A DNA stretch of 64,000 bases from Syntrophales bacterium (GTDB lineage Bacteria; Desulfobacterota; Syntrophia; Syntrophales; Fen-1087), in contig JAXDBM010000033.1 of the NCBI GenBank assembly GCA_034678725.1, forward strand, positions 1,308 to 65,307, written 5' to 3'. Positions 30,801 through 40,537 of the stretch are shown piece by piece. Made by a program: the position numbers and the translations under genes. A model generated the notes under the pieces. That model had not been told where the DNA came from. It saw nothing but the letters and a program-made list of their open reading frames with translations, and made no database searches. Numbering within the stretch: position 1 is the first letter of the stretch; each line of letters opens with the position of its first letter.

Positions 30801-32738
30801 TCAGCGGTCGGCCGGCCAGCGCGGAAACCGGCGGTACGATGCCAGGGAGATGGAGTAATCTTCCCGGTAGCGGGTCAGGTGCGGGCTGTAAAAGGGATCG
30901 TTTTTGAGCAGTTCGCCCCAGCGGGCCTCCATCAGGTCGATCTCGCCCCGAAAGCGGATCTGTTTTTCCACCGTGTCCTCCGGACCGCGGGTTTTCGATT
31001 CGTGATGGTACAGGACCGGATGGCTCAGGCAGAGGTTGTAATAGCCGGCCTTCAGCAGCCGGATGCAGAAATCGACATCGTTGAAGGCTACGGGCAGGGC
31101 CTCATCAAAACCGCCGGCATCATCGAATTTCGTCCTCTCCACCATCAGGCAGGCGCCGGTCACGGCGGCATAATTCGCCGTGATCCGCAGCCGGTCGAAG
31201 TACCCGGTCCGGTCGTTCGAAAGGTATTTGTGGCTGTGGCCGGCGACGCCGCCGATGCCCAGGACGACGCCGGCATGCTGAACGGTGTCGTCGGGATAGA
31301 GCAGCTTGACGCCGACGGCGCCCACCCGGGGGCGCATCGCCTGTGCGGCCATCTCGGCCAGCCAATCCCCGGAAACCACTTCGATGTCGTTGTTCAGAAG
31401 AAGGACCAGATCGCCCCGGGCCTTTCGAACACCCTCGTTGATCAGGGCGGGGAAATTGAAGGGGATCGGCATCGGCACGACGCGAAAACGCGCAGGTTCC
31501 CTTTCCTGCCAGCGTCGAAAGAGTTCGCGGGTTTCCGGTTCCCGGCTGTCGTTGTCGACGATGATCACCTCAAAGCGGTCGTAGGCGGTCCTTTCAAAGA
31601 CGGAATGCAGGCAGGTTTCGAGAAGTGCGGACAGGTCCCGTGTGGGAATGACGATCGAAACCAGCGGCCGGCCCGGCAGCCGGTACCGCGCGCGGTAGCG
31701 GCCGGAAAGCCCCTCCACCGGCTCCGCCACGGCATCCTCCCCGCGACGCTCGAGCGCCTCCCGAACGGCCCGAAGGCCGGCATCCTGGGCGTATCCCTTT
31801 GAATCGAAGCTGGAGGCGCTCGATGCCGGGATGGAGCGCCAGTGGTAGAGCACCCGCGGGATGTGCCGGATCCTGTCCGTGCGCTCGGTCAGGCGAAGCA
31901 CCAGGTCATAGTCCTGGCTTCCCTCGAACCCTTCCCGGAACCCGCCGATCTTCCGGACCAGTGCGGTCCGGTACACGCCCAGGTGGCAGGTGTACATGAG
32001 GGAGAGAAAGGTGTCGGGCGACCAGTCCGGCTTGAAAAAGGGGGAATGCCGCCGGCCCTGCGTGTCGATCTTGTCCTCATCGGTGTAGATCATGTCCGTT
32101 TCCGGATGGCGGCCGATGAGCGCGGCAATCTCGTAGAGGGCGTCGGGGGTCAGCTCGTCGTCATGATCCAGAAGGGCAACGTAATCCCCCGCCGCCAGGG
32201 AAAGGGCAGAATTGGAAGCTGCCGAGATGTGGCCGTTGGTCTCCCGGAAAACCAGGCGGACGCGCCCGTCCCCGTTTCGGTATTCCTCGAGTATGGAGCG
32301 GACATGGGGAAGCGTGGAGGCGTCGTCGGCAATGCAGAGTTCCCAGTGGGGGTAGATCTGGGACAGAACGGAATCCAGGCATTTCCTCAGCCAGGCTTCA
32401 TCGGTGTTGTAGACGGGAAGGAGGACCGAGATCAACGGCGGCCGGGCCATCTTTTCCACCTGTGCGCGGATGCGGTCACGGTCCTCCGCCGTCAGGCGAT
32501 GCCGCCTCTGCCAGATTTCGTAGAGCTCGCGGTCCGCAAGATGAAACCGCTCTTCAAAAGTGTACCAGAGCCCACTCCACCCTTCGCGGCGGATGATCTG
32601 CCGGACCTTGCGGGCGTGGCGCGGCAGCGCCTTCAGGAAGGAAGCGAAGCGGCGCAGACGTGCGATAAGGATTCGGGTCAGCGTCCGGAATTTCCTCAGG
32701 ATCACGGACAGCGTGAGCTTTTCTTCTTTTTTATGCAA
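30801..32738 (-). CDS. Two-domain GT2 glycosyltransferase
   Basis: Two GT-A domains (ISVLLPVYN...LDHDD; VSIVIPTRD...LLNND, AVTGACL). Confidence 0.9.
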   Translation of the reverse strand: MHKKEEKLTLSVILRKFRTLTRILIARLRRFASFLKALPRHARKVRQIIRREGWSGLWYTFEERFHLADRELYEIWQRRHRLTAEDRDRIRAQVEKMARPPLISVLLPVYNTDEAWLRKCLDSVLSQIYPHWELCIADDASTLPHVRSILEEYRNGDGRVRLVFRETNGHISAASNSALSLAAGDYVALLDHDDELTPDALYEIAALIGRHPETDMIYTDEDKIDTQGRRHSPFFKPDWSPDTFLSLMYTCHLGVYRTALVRKIGGFREGFEGSQDYDLVLRLTERTDRIRHIPRVLYHWRSIPASSASSFDSKGYAQDAGLRAVREALERRGEDAVAEPVEGLSGRYRARYRLPGRPLVSIVIPTRDLSALLETCLHSVFERTAYDRFEVIIVDNDSREPETRELFRRWQEREPARFRVVPMPIPFNFPALINEGVRKARGDLVLLLNNDIEVVSGDWLAEMAAQAMRPRVGAVGVKLLYPDDTVQHAGVVLGIGGVAGHSHKYLSNDRTGYFDRLRITANYAAVTGACLMVERTKFDDAGGFDEALPVAFNDVDFCIRLLKAGYYNLCLSHPVLYHHESKTRGPEDTVEKQIRFRGEIDLMEARWGELLKNDPFYSPHLTRYREDYSISLASYRRFPRWPADR

Positions 32739-32777
32739 GGTCCTCGGACGGCTTTTCCGGGAAACGGGAAATTGCGC

Positions 32778-33860
32778 TCAAGGGAGGAGGGGAACCTTCT
32801 TCCATCCATCGCTCTGTGTGAATTCCCGCGCGGCGAAGCACCAGACGACCAGCTTTTTCGTTTTCCAGTAGTTCGGGTCGCGCTGGGACCGCCGCAGCAG
32901 GTTGACGCGGGCGGGCGTGGCGCCGGAGCCTCTCACGGCGGCCAGATCCACCGGAAACCCGAGTTCCGCGGCAAGCTGGTCGGGCAGGCCCGCATCGCGG
33001 GCCTGCATGTCGTCCCCGGCATGGAAAACGAGGTTATGGCTGTCGCCGACCAGAAGGACGGGGCTTTTCATGTCGACAGCGACCGGCTTGAGCGATCCGG
33101 CGCTGCCGATCCCGACTTGGCGGACCGCCAGCGTTTCCTGTGCCAGATTCTTGCCGCCCAGGGCCTTCCAGAGATCCCCGCTGATGGGAATGGACTTCCA
33201 GGCCGTCTGATAGGCGGTCTTCGGGACCGTCTTCAGCCAGGGCCTTCCCTGGATCTCCTCGCGGATCTTCTGTGCGGCCAGGACGCAGCCGTTGCCGGAC
33301 CAGTGGGTGTCCTGCTTGCAGTAAGGGGCGCCTTGGACGTGAAAGCGGTTGGCCAGGAAGACGGGCGTCAGATCCAGGACGCGAATGCCGTTCTTCCTCA
33401 GGAGCTGGTAGAAGGCCTGCGCGTCCCGATCCAGCCGCGCCGGCGCATTCGCGCGGGAAGGGGAAAGCTGGTCGGACAGAAAGTCGGGGTAGATTACGCT
33501 TTTGGGGGGTACGGGCACCATCAGCAGCTCGATGCCCATCTTCTTGAGCTGCCGGTAGAAATCCAGAATGGCCGGAAGGGGGTCGGCATGCTCGGGCTTC
33601 GTCGCCCGGCTGACCTTCGCCGCCGCCTTTCCCCAGAACGGCCCCGCCGAGACGAAATGAAGCTCGGGGCCGAAGAAGATCCACCCCTCCTTTCCCGGTA
33701 CGGCAATGGTCCCCTGCTGCTGCGCGGAGCGGGCCATCGACGCAAACTGGTCCGTGACCTTTCGGACGGTATCGGACTCGGCGGCGGTCGAAGTCATGGC
33801 GATCACGCAGAAGCCGACAGCCGCCAGGATGATTAAGATTCTGTTTCTGTTTAATTTCAC
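32778..33860 (-). CDS. AlgX/AlgJ-like SGNH O-acetyltransferase, secreted
   Basis: Signal peptide, GKEGWIFF, PPKS, DTHW, GDL, VGDSH; GTG 33860 after GGAGA. Confidence 0.82.
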   Translation of the reverse strand: MKLNRNRILIILAAVGFCVIAMTSTAAESDTVRKVTDQFASMARSAQQQGTIAVPGKEGWIFFGPELHFVSAGPFWGKAAAKVSRATKPEHADPLPAILDFYRQLKKMGIELLMVPVPPKSVIYPDFLSDQLSPSRANAPARLDRDAQAFYQLLRKNGIRVLDLTPVFLANRFHVQGAPYCKQDTHWSGNGCVLAAQKIREEIQGRPWLKTVPKTAYQTAWKSIPISGDLWKALGGKNLAQETLAVRQVGIGSAGSLKPVAVDMKSPVLLVGDSHNLVFHAGDDMQARDAGLPDQLAAELGFPVDLAAVRGSGATPARVNLLRRSQRDPNYWKTKKLVVWCFAAREFTQSDGWKKVPLLP

Positions 33861-33888
33861 TTGCACTTCTCCATTCTGAATTTCTTTT

Positions 33889-35607
33889 TTATTTCTGCAG
33901 GGGCTCGCCCCAGCAGGGTTCGACAAGCTGCAGCGCCTCGTCGTCCAGCTCGCTGCGGTTGATTCCCTCGTAGCGGCCGGCGACATCTGTCCAGGACGAC
34001 AGCCGGAGCGCCACCATTTCGTCGGGACGGTAGCGCGCCGCCGCCGTCAGGGCATTGTCGGTCATGCTGCTCATATAGACCATCGCGTCCGTTTCCGTCA
34101 AGGGTCGGCCTTCCGCCGTCAATTCAGTTAGGTGGATCGCCATCACGTGATCCTTGTAGGGCACCGTGCCGGGCCGCGGAACGGAAGAGACCGCCTTGAT
34201 CCTGCCGCGGATGATTCGTTCCGTCCCCGGCGGCAGCGTAAGATAATTCACCGGTTCGGGCGTTCCGATTTTCAGGTCGATCCGTTTCCAGTTTCCGACG
34301 GCGAGTTCCCGAATGGCGAACTGATAGATCACCAGGCGCTTCCCGGCCAGACGGTCCCGCCCCCTGGCCATTTCGCCGGCGAGGAACTCCCGGGTGGCAA
34401 AGGATCCGTTGTCGTTTCGCGTGATGCGATCCAGGGGTCGCTGCATGGCGAGGCTGAGATGTTCGATGAAGCCGGCCCCTTCGCCCCAGCCCATCGCCCC
34501 GAGAGAATAGATGTTGCTGAAACTGTCGCCCAGTACGAGCACGTCGGCGTTCGGATGGGGCTGCCAGGCCTCTCCGCCGTCGCCGGTTATCTTCCGGATC
34601 GTCACCTTCTCCGACGGAAAGATCCTCTGATTCACGGGCAGGCTCAGCATGACGGCCAGGTCGCCCAGATGTGTCACCTCGTCGCTTTCCCCACCGTATC
34701 CGGCTGGGGGCAGCGGCGGCAGGTCAACGTGTCGGTCGATGAACTCCTTCAGCCCGGCGGCTACTTTTTCCATGGCTTCGGGGCGCCAGTGGGTATCGCT
34801 GGCAAGGAACTGGGCCCGGCCGCTCTGCCGCTTCCATTCCATCAGCGCCGGCGCCGCGTCGAAGACCAGGACCCCCGCGCCCTCCATCTCCTCCTTGAAG
34901 CGGCGGTAGGAGGGGTTCTGCAGGGCTTCCGCCTGCCGGCCGTAGCGGCCGCTCAATTTTTCCGGATGGATCATGGCCTTGATGGGCGTCGGCATGACGA
35001 TCAGGGCGATCCCCCTTCGGGAGAGCTGTTCATGAAGATGCAGGATCGCGGCCCGTGGGTCCGGCTCCGTCGGGGCGGCCCACTCGTCGCCCCCCGTCCC
35101 GCGCTTTCGAAGCTGGACCGGATCGAGAAAGGGCGGGCCGGCCAGGTAGTCGATGCCGGGGCGGTAAAAGAGCCAGGGCCGGCTGCCGCAGTAGGCCTTC
35201 TCGTTGCCTGCGCCCAGCCAGGCCGTCAGGGCATACTGAATCCGGGGACGCAGCCATTTTCCGATCGCAGACTGGTCATCCAGCGTTTCCTCGTACTTTT
35301 TCATCTCTTTCAGAAGGTTGCGGTTGACCGCAAAGATATTTTCGATCCACGCCGGCCCGGCCGTACCGGATGCCTTCATGGCCGCGGGCAGGAGCGAGAA
35401 GACATCCCAGGCCTGCGGCAGTGGGGAGCGGCGCTCCCCGGATAAGAAGCTCCGGAACTCCGATAGGTGCTGGACCGCGGGAACGGAGAGGATGACGATC
35501 AAAAACAGGGCGATGATGACCCGGGAAAGGGCCGGGGCGATCCGGGTGTGCCCCACCTCCCGTCTTGCCGTTTCCTCGCGCAGTTCCTGATGTTTCCAGT
35601 CGCTCAT
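33889..35607 (-). CDS. AlgJ-like SGNH O-acetyltransferase with N-terminal TM helix and extra C-terminal domain
   Basis: TM helix, WLFY, PIK, SDTHW, GDL, LGDSFS; directly downstream of the MBOAT gene. Confidence 0.82.
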   Translation of the reverse strand: MSDWKHQELREETARREVGHTRIAPALSRVIIALFLIVILSVPAVQHLSEFRSFLSGERRSPLPQAWDVFSLLPAAMKASGTAGPAWIENIFAVNRNLLKEMKKYEETLDDQSAIGKWLRPRIQYALTAWLGAGNEKAYCGSRPWLFYRPGIDYLAGPPFLDPVQLRKRGTGGDEWAAPTEPDPRAAILHLHEQLSRRGIALIVMPTPIKAMIHPEKLSGRYGRQAEALQNPSYRRFKEEMEGAGVLVFDAAPALMEWKRQSGRAQFLASDTHWRPEAMEKVAAGLKEFIDRHVDLPPLPPAGYGGESDEVTHLGDLAVMLSLPVNQRIFPSEKVTIRKITGDGGEAWQPHPNADVLVLGDSFSNIYSLGAMGWGEGAGFIEHLSLAMQRPLDRITRNDNGSFATREFLAGEMARGRDRLAGKRLVIYQFAIRELAVGNWKRIDLKIGTPEPVNYLTLPPGTERIIRGRIKAVSSVPRPGTVPYKDHVMAIHLTELTAEGRPLTETDAMVYMSSMTDNALTAAARYRPDEMVALRLSSWTDVAGRYEGINRSELDDEALQLVEPCWGEPLQK

Positions 35608-35616
35608 CGGCTTCGC

Positions 35617-37074
35617 TCAAAAAATGAAATAGATGAAAGGGTTGTAGGACTGTGTCATCAGAACGGCCAGTGACGTGAGGAGCGCGACGAAAATTGCGGC
35701 GGCCTTCCACCGGGGGATCGTCCGCGTCCAGTCCCAGGTCTGCGGGCATCCCCAGACGATGAGCGCCGCAACGGCAAAAGTACCCCAGTAGTAGGGCTGG
35801 TAGAGAATCCCGCCCAGAAGGCCTGCCCCTTCCTGAAGCGCCGAGAGACCGAACAGGCTGCCGAGATAGGCCATCGCCGCGGGCAGATCGGGCGCCCGGA
35901 AGAAAACCCAGGCGATCATCACGATGACGAATGTCATGGCGATCCGCAGGGGTCCGGGCATTCGGCGGTAAAAGGCATCCTTTCCCTGGGCGCGCTCCAT
36001 CACCAGCATCCCGCCGTGGATCCCGCCCCAGATGACGAAATTCCAGGAGGCCCCGTGCCAGAGTCCTCCCAGCAGCATGACGACGGCCAGGTTGAAATAG
36101 GTGCGCCATCCCCCCTTCCGGTTTCCCCCGAGGGGCACGTAGAGGTAGTCCCGCAGCCAGGTGGACAGGGAGATGTGCCAGCGGCGCCAGAATTCCGTGA
36201 TGGATTGCGACAGGTAGGGGGAGTCGAAGTTCTTCGGAAAGACGAAGCCCAGCATCAGCCCAAGGCCAATGGCCATGTCCGAATAGGCGCTGAAATCGAA
36301 ATAGATCTGAAAGGCATAGGCGACCAGGCCGTACCAGGCATCCAGCACGCCTCGTGAGCCCGCGTCGAAGACCACGTCGGCGATCTTCCCGCACGGATTG
36401 GCCAGAAGCACCTTCTTGGCCAGGCCGAGGCTGATGAAGGCCACGCCGCGGGCAAATTTTTCCGGGGTGTGGGTCCGGTTGGCCATCTGGTCGGCAATCT
36501 CGCGGAAGCGAATGATCGGGCCGGCCACGAGCTGGGAGAAAAGCGAGATGTAGCAGGCGAAATCGACGATGTTGCGAAGGACCTTCGCCTGGCCGCGGTA
36601 AACGTCGATGGTGTAGCTCATCAGGTGAAAGGTGTAGAAACTGATGCCCAACGGCAGGGTGACGCGGATCGCCGTCTCCAGCTTCAGGTGGGAAAGCCCC
36701 AGCCACTGGATCAGGAGGTTGTAGTTGTCCATGGTGAAGTTGAAGTACTTGAAAAACCCCAGCATGGAGAGGCTGGTGACCGTAGAAATGAAAAGCCAGA
36801 ATTTCTTACGGCGCAGGACGGCGTCGTCCGGCATCTGACCGGCGGGCAATGCCGGACCGGGACTCAGACGCTCGTCGGCGATCTTCAGTCCGCAGACATA
36901 GTTGATCAGGGTGGAGGTCAGCAGCAGGACGACGAACAGAGGGTTCGCCCACCCGTAGAACACGTAGCTCAGCAGCGTCAGCGCAAGGTGGCGGCCGCGT
37001 CGCGGAAGCCCGTAGTAGACCGCAAGGGCCAGCGGGAGGAAATAGAAGAAGAAAATCTGTGAGCTGAATACCAT
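35617..37074 (-). CDS. algI: MBOAT O-acyltransferase (AlgI/PatA-like)
   Basis: LPLGISFYTF, QLVAGPI, QIYFDFSAYSDMAIG, FWRRWHISLS, GLWHGA. Confidence 0.9.
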   Translation of the reverse strand: MVFSSQIFFFYFLPLALAVYYGLPRRGRHLALTLLSYVFYGWANPLFVVLLLTSTLINYVCGLKIADERLSPGPALPAGQMPDDAVLRRKKFWLFISTVTSLSMLGFFKYFNFTMDNYNLLIQWLGLSHLKLETAIRVTLPLGISFYTFHLMSYTIDVYRGQAKVLRNIVDFACYISLFSQLVAGPIIRFREIADQMANRTHTPEKFARGVAFISLGLAKKVLLANPCGKIADVVFDAGSRGVLDAWYGLVAYAFQIYFDFSAYSDMAIGLGLMLGFVFPKNFDSPYLSQSITEFWRRWHISLSTWLRDYLYVPLGGNRKGGWRTYFNLAVVMLLGGLWHGASWNFVIWGGIHGGMLVMERAQGKDAFYRRMPGPLRIAMTFVIVMIAWVFFRAPDLPAAMAYLGSLFGLSALQEGAGLLGGILYQPYYWGTFAVAALIVWGCPQTWDWTRTIPRWKAAAIFVALLTSLAVLMTQSYNPFIYFIF

Positions 37075-37215
37075 GGGCTTGTCGCCGATAAAAAAAGCGG
37101 GATGACCATTCCGCCGCCGTTGCCGCCGCCGGTCGTCATTTCCCGTTAAACATCAAAGCCGGAATTGAATTTCGGGGTGAACGATTGAAAGCTGAAGGCG
37201 TCCGTTTAAAAGGGA

Positions 37216-38808
37216 TCAGCTGCGCAATTCATAGTAAAGCGGCAGTCGGAACTCGTCGCTGTCCATGATCAGGCGCTCCCCTTCCAGCTCAGGGTGATCG
37301 TCGTAGCGTTCCAGGACCATACGGTAGATTTTTCCCTTCTGCCGGATCGCTTCCTGAAGGACGATTGCATCCTCGATCACCCAATGGGCGGCCATGAGCT
37401 TCCTGCGGCCGTAGGAGCCGGAGACAACCCGCACCACTTCGTAGCCGTTCACCAGCAGGGCCCGCCGGTAGGGGGCGATATCCTGCGGCGAAGGAATCAC
37501 GGAGGGTTCGGTCAGGCGGGCTTCGACCACCAGACGCTTCGGCGTTTTTCCGGTGGCCGGCTTTTTGGACGGGGCCGCTCGGGCTTTCCGGGCCTCTCCG
37601 CCCGGCGCAAGACCCGCGGCGGTGCTCTTTTTCCCCGTTGTTTCAGCGCCGGAAGCTTTCACGGCAGCCGGCTTGGCGCTCTGGAAAGGTGCGACCCAGA
37701 CATCTGGAAAGAAGTCCGCCCGGTCGTTTCGGGTGATCTGCCGCCAGGCCTCGATCTTTGTGAGACCCGGGTTGAATCTGCCGATGAATATTTCAATGTT
37801 CCGGCCGCCCCCGCTGATCTTGTTGCCGCCAAAACCGGTTTTGTAGGGACCGGTCATGGCCATGATCCGAGACTGGTTGCTCCAGCGGGGATGGTAGACC
37901 TCGAAGCCGTCGATCCCTGGCGCCCCGTTTATGTTGACCTGCCATTTGTGCTCGTTTTCGGGATTGATGATCGTCAGGTTCCGGTGGGCGCCGTCGAAGA
38001 TCCAGAGATGGCTTCTTCCCCTTTCGGGACTCATCGCCGACCAGCAGCCCTTCGCATAGATCTTCATCGCCCGGTTGGGCAGTTGGGCGATGCCGCCGGA
38101 AGGCCAGGGGAAGAGGCCCCCCGCCATCCGGCCGTCCGCCGAGACCTGAAAACTGTGCACGCTCACCGGCGTCTTGTTCCAGATCAGCTCCGGCGTTCCC
38201 GGACCGTCCAGCAGCGTCCGGTAGACCGCCGGGCAGTGTTCGCTGCCGTCCTTTCCCTCCATCGCGCCGTAGTAGAGCCACTCCCGGCCGTCGGCGGGAT
38301 TCCGCCAGAGCGCCAGCGCGAATCCCTCCAGCACCTCCCGCTGTCCCGTGCCGTCCCAGTTCACCACGAAAACCTTCTTCCGCGCCCGGTCCGAATACAC
38401 CACCCGGTCCCCCCTGGGCGTGATCAGGGGCTTCGAGTAATTCCCCGGCGTTCCCAGAATTGCCCGTTCGCCCTGGCCGTCGGACGTGTCCAGCCCCATG
38501 AGCCGCAGGCTTCCGCCCTGGGCGAAGACGTCCCGATTGTCCCCCATGTCCTGAACCCAGGCCACGCGCATGCGGGCAACGACGGACCATTCGGAAGTGA
38601 CCGCGTTTTTGGCCGCGGGGGACGGATTGGCCCAGACCGGCACCGGGAGAGTCATCAGAGCAAGGGCGATCATGAAAAATAAACGCATCTGCCAAAATAC
38701 CCCATGTCGGAATACTGCCGGGCGGCAATTGGAACCGCGGTCCGGCCTTCCGGTCTTTGCGATCATTCCCTGTCCCGATCCTTTCGGCTGCATCGCCCGC
38801 AACTTCAA
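37216..38808 (-). CDS. Secreted hypothetical protein: TolB-like/propeller domain, low-complexity linker, C-terminal beta domain
   Basis: Long ORF; signal peptide if started at ATG 38688; PD40-like motifs (YHPRWSN, DFFPDVWV); paralogous to 52097..53476. Confidence 0.7.
   Translation of the reverse strand: MKLRAMQPKGSGQGMIAKTGRPDRGSNCRPAVFRHGVFWQMRLFFMIALALMTLPVPVWANPSPAAKNAVTSEWSVVARMRVAWVQDMGDNRDVFAQGGSLRLMGLDTSDGQGERAILGTPGNYSKPLITPRGDRVVYSDRARKKVFVVNWDGTGQREVLEGFALALWRNPADGREWLYYGAMEGKDGSEHCPAVYRTLLDGPGTPELIWNKTPVSVHSFQVSADGRMAGGLFPWPSGGIAQLPNRAMKIYAKGCWSAMSPERGRSHLWIFDGAHRNLTIINPENEHKWQVNINGAPGIDGFEVYHPRWSNQSRIMAMTGPYKTGFGGNKISGGGRNIEIFIGRFNPGLTKIEAWRQITRNDRADFFPDVWVAPFQSAKPAAVKASGAETTGKKSTAAGLAPGGEARKARAAPSKKPATGKTPKRLVVEARLTEPSVIPSPQDIAPYRRALLVNGYEVVRVVSGSYGRRKLMAAHWVIEDAIVLQEAIRQKGKIYRMVLERYDDHPELEGERLIMDSDEFRLPLYYELRS
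38081..38577. repeat. Direct repeat copy 1 (497 bp, about 90% identical to 52491..52987)
   Basis: Ungapped manual alignment at offset 14,410 gives about 50 mismatches; 70-bp exact core 38382-38451. Confidence 0.95.
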
Positions 38809-38809
38809 A

Positions 38810-40318
38810 TCAGCGTGTCAGCGCGCCGCGGAAGGTGTTCGCGATGATCTGGTGGCCAGCGCTGTTGGGGTGGATCCCGTCATCCAGAATGAGGCTCTGG
38901 TTCCACCCGAAGGATGCCTCGAGATCGGCGCAGGCGATTCCCTCCGAGGCCGCCAGTGAGCGAATCTGCTGGTTCAGTGTGATGAGACTGGGCTTCCTCC
39001 AGGCCCATTCCCCGAATACGGGTGTCAGCGTGGCCACGACCGGTTTGGTTCCGTTCGCCTTGGCCTGCTGAATGATGGAGCGCAGATTGCCGATGGTCCA
39101 ACTGGCGGGATAGAAACCATCGTCGTTGTTTCCGTAGAAGATGGTGATGTATTTGGGATTGTACTGGGCCAGCACGCTGTCGATGATGTTGGCGCCGTAG
39201 GAACTCAGGACCCCGGAGACGCCTCTGTTGTAAACCGTTTTGCCCCAGGATCCAGACAACAGGGGCACATAGGACAGGGAGTAGTTGACGCCGTAACCCG
39301 CAGTGATGCTGTCTCCCATCGCAACGCAGACATCCTGCAGCTTCGTGTTGATGGGAGTTGTCGCGGACACCCGCTCTGATGGCGAGCTTTCGCCGTGGTT
39401 GTTGACCGCTGTGATCACGTAATAATACGTTGTGCCCCAGGCCAGTTCTGCATGGGTATAGGAGCTGCCTGCAACGTTGGCGATCAAGGTCCCGGTCTTT
39501 CTGGACACATCGGCTGATCTTGACCAGTAGATGTTGTAGGCCGTGACGTTCTCGACGGGGATCCAGGAAAGCGTCACCTTTCGCTCGCCCGCTGTGGCCG
39601 AGAGTCCGGTTGGGGGCGAGGGGGCGTCTCCCTGATTGGGCACGGAGGACGCCTCTTCCGATTCCACGCTTTCTCCATAGCGGTTCACCGCCGTCACCAC
39701 GTAATAGTAGTCCGCCCCGTTGGTCAGGTCTTCGTGGGTAAAGGGAGAAGCAACGTTCTCGATCTTGTTTCCGGTCGCCTTCGTGACACCGGCGGATGTC
39801 GCCCAATAGAGGTTGTACGATGTGTTGGATTCAACCCCTTCCCAGCGGATGATGACGATCATGTGCCCCGCCAGGGTCGCGACGTTATGTGGCGGCAACG
39901 GCGGGTTGGAGGAAGAGGGCATGACCGACACTTCCTTGGATTCGGTGCTCTCTCCATATTCGTTTGCCGCAGTGACGACGTAGTAATAAGTGGTGCTGTT
40001 GGTCAGCCCGGTATGGTAATATGGGCTGGTGACGGTGGGTATTTTCGTTCCGTTCTGCCGGGTGACGCCGCTTGTCGTCGACCAGTAGACATTGTAGGAC
40101 GTCGCCCCGCTGACGGTCCCCCATTTCAGCATGACCTGTGTGTTCCCGCCGGCCGCCGTGACGCCTTCAGGCGCCGCCGAGATATCGGTCGCGATGGTTT
40201 CTCCGCCGCCGCCACCGCCGCCGCCACCGCCGCCGCAGGACAGAACCAGAAGGGAGATCATCAGAAAGATCAGGCAACATTTTCTGCTCATATTGAACCT
40301 CATCGTCGAGTTAATCAT
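38810..40318 (-). CDS. Lipoprotein with three fibronectin type III repeats and a C-terminal SGNH/GDSL hydrolase
   Basis: Lipobox-like VLSC plus poly-Gly; 3x YNxYW...YYYVxTA.N..GES; GDSIT, NRGVSG, GNND, DGIHP. Confidence 0.88.
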   Translation of the reverse strand: MINSTMRFNMSRKCCLIFLMISLLVLSCGGGGGGGGGGGETIATDISAAPEGVTAAGGNTQVMLKWGTVSGATSYNVYWSTTSGVTRQNGTKIPTVTSPYYHTGLTNSTTYYYVVTAANEYGESTESKEVSVMPSSSNPPLPPHNVATLAGHMIVIIRWEGVESNTSYNLYWATSAGVTKATGNKIENVASPFTHEDLTNGADYYYVVTAVNRYGESVESEEASSVPNQGDAPSPPTGLSATAGERKVTLSWIPVENVTAYNIYWSRSADVSRKTGTLIANVAGSSYTHAELAWGTTYYYVITAVNNHGESSPSERVSATTPINTKLQDVCVAMGDSITAGYGVNYSLSYVPLLSGSWGKTVYNRGVSGVLSSYGANIIDSVLAQYNPKYITIFYGNNDDGFYPASWTIGNLRSIIQQAKANGTKPVVATLTPVFGEWAWRKPSLITLNQQIRSLAASEGIACADLEASFGWNQSLILDDGIHPNSAGHQIIANTFRGALTR

Positions 40319-40361
40319 GTTCCCGCTAAAGTTTACTTCTTCAGCTCGAAATCGGTCGCCC

Positions 40362-40389
40362 TGTATAACACATGCTTAACGGTTTGCAA
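40362..40389 (-). promoter_or_regulatory. sigma70-type promoter upstream of the Fn3-SGNH/alg block
   Basis: TTGCAA-N16-TATACA with extended TGn. Confidence 0.45.
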
Positions 40390-40537
40390 GGGCCGAATTG
40401 ATGTTTTTGCGGCTCCCGTGAATGATCGGGAATAAGCCAATCATATCAAAAAAATCCTTCAGGATTACAAATTCCTGGAAGTGGTAAGATTGTTTTGATT
40501 GGTTCTCCCGGCCCCCTGCTTTCGAAGGGTGTTCAGT

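Noticed and set aside
40203-40236. GGC/GGT triplet run as a phase-variation tract
   Set aside because: It encodes a poly-Gly linker; triplet slippage keeps the frame and the run is interrupted.
40448-40466. Terminator after the C-methyltransferase
   Set aside because: Stem is only 5 bp and AT-rich.
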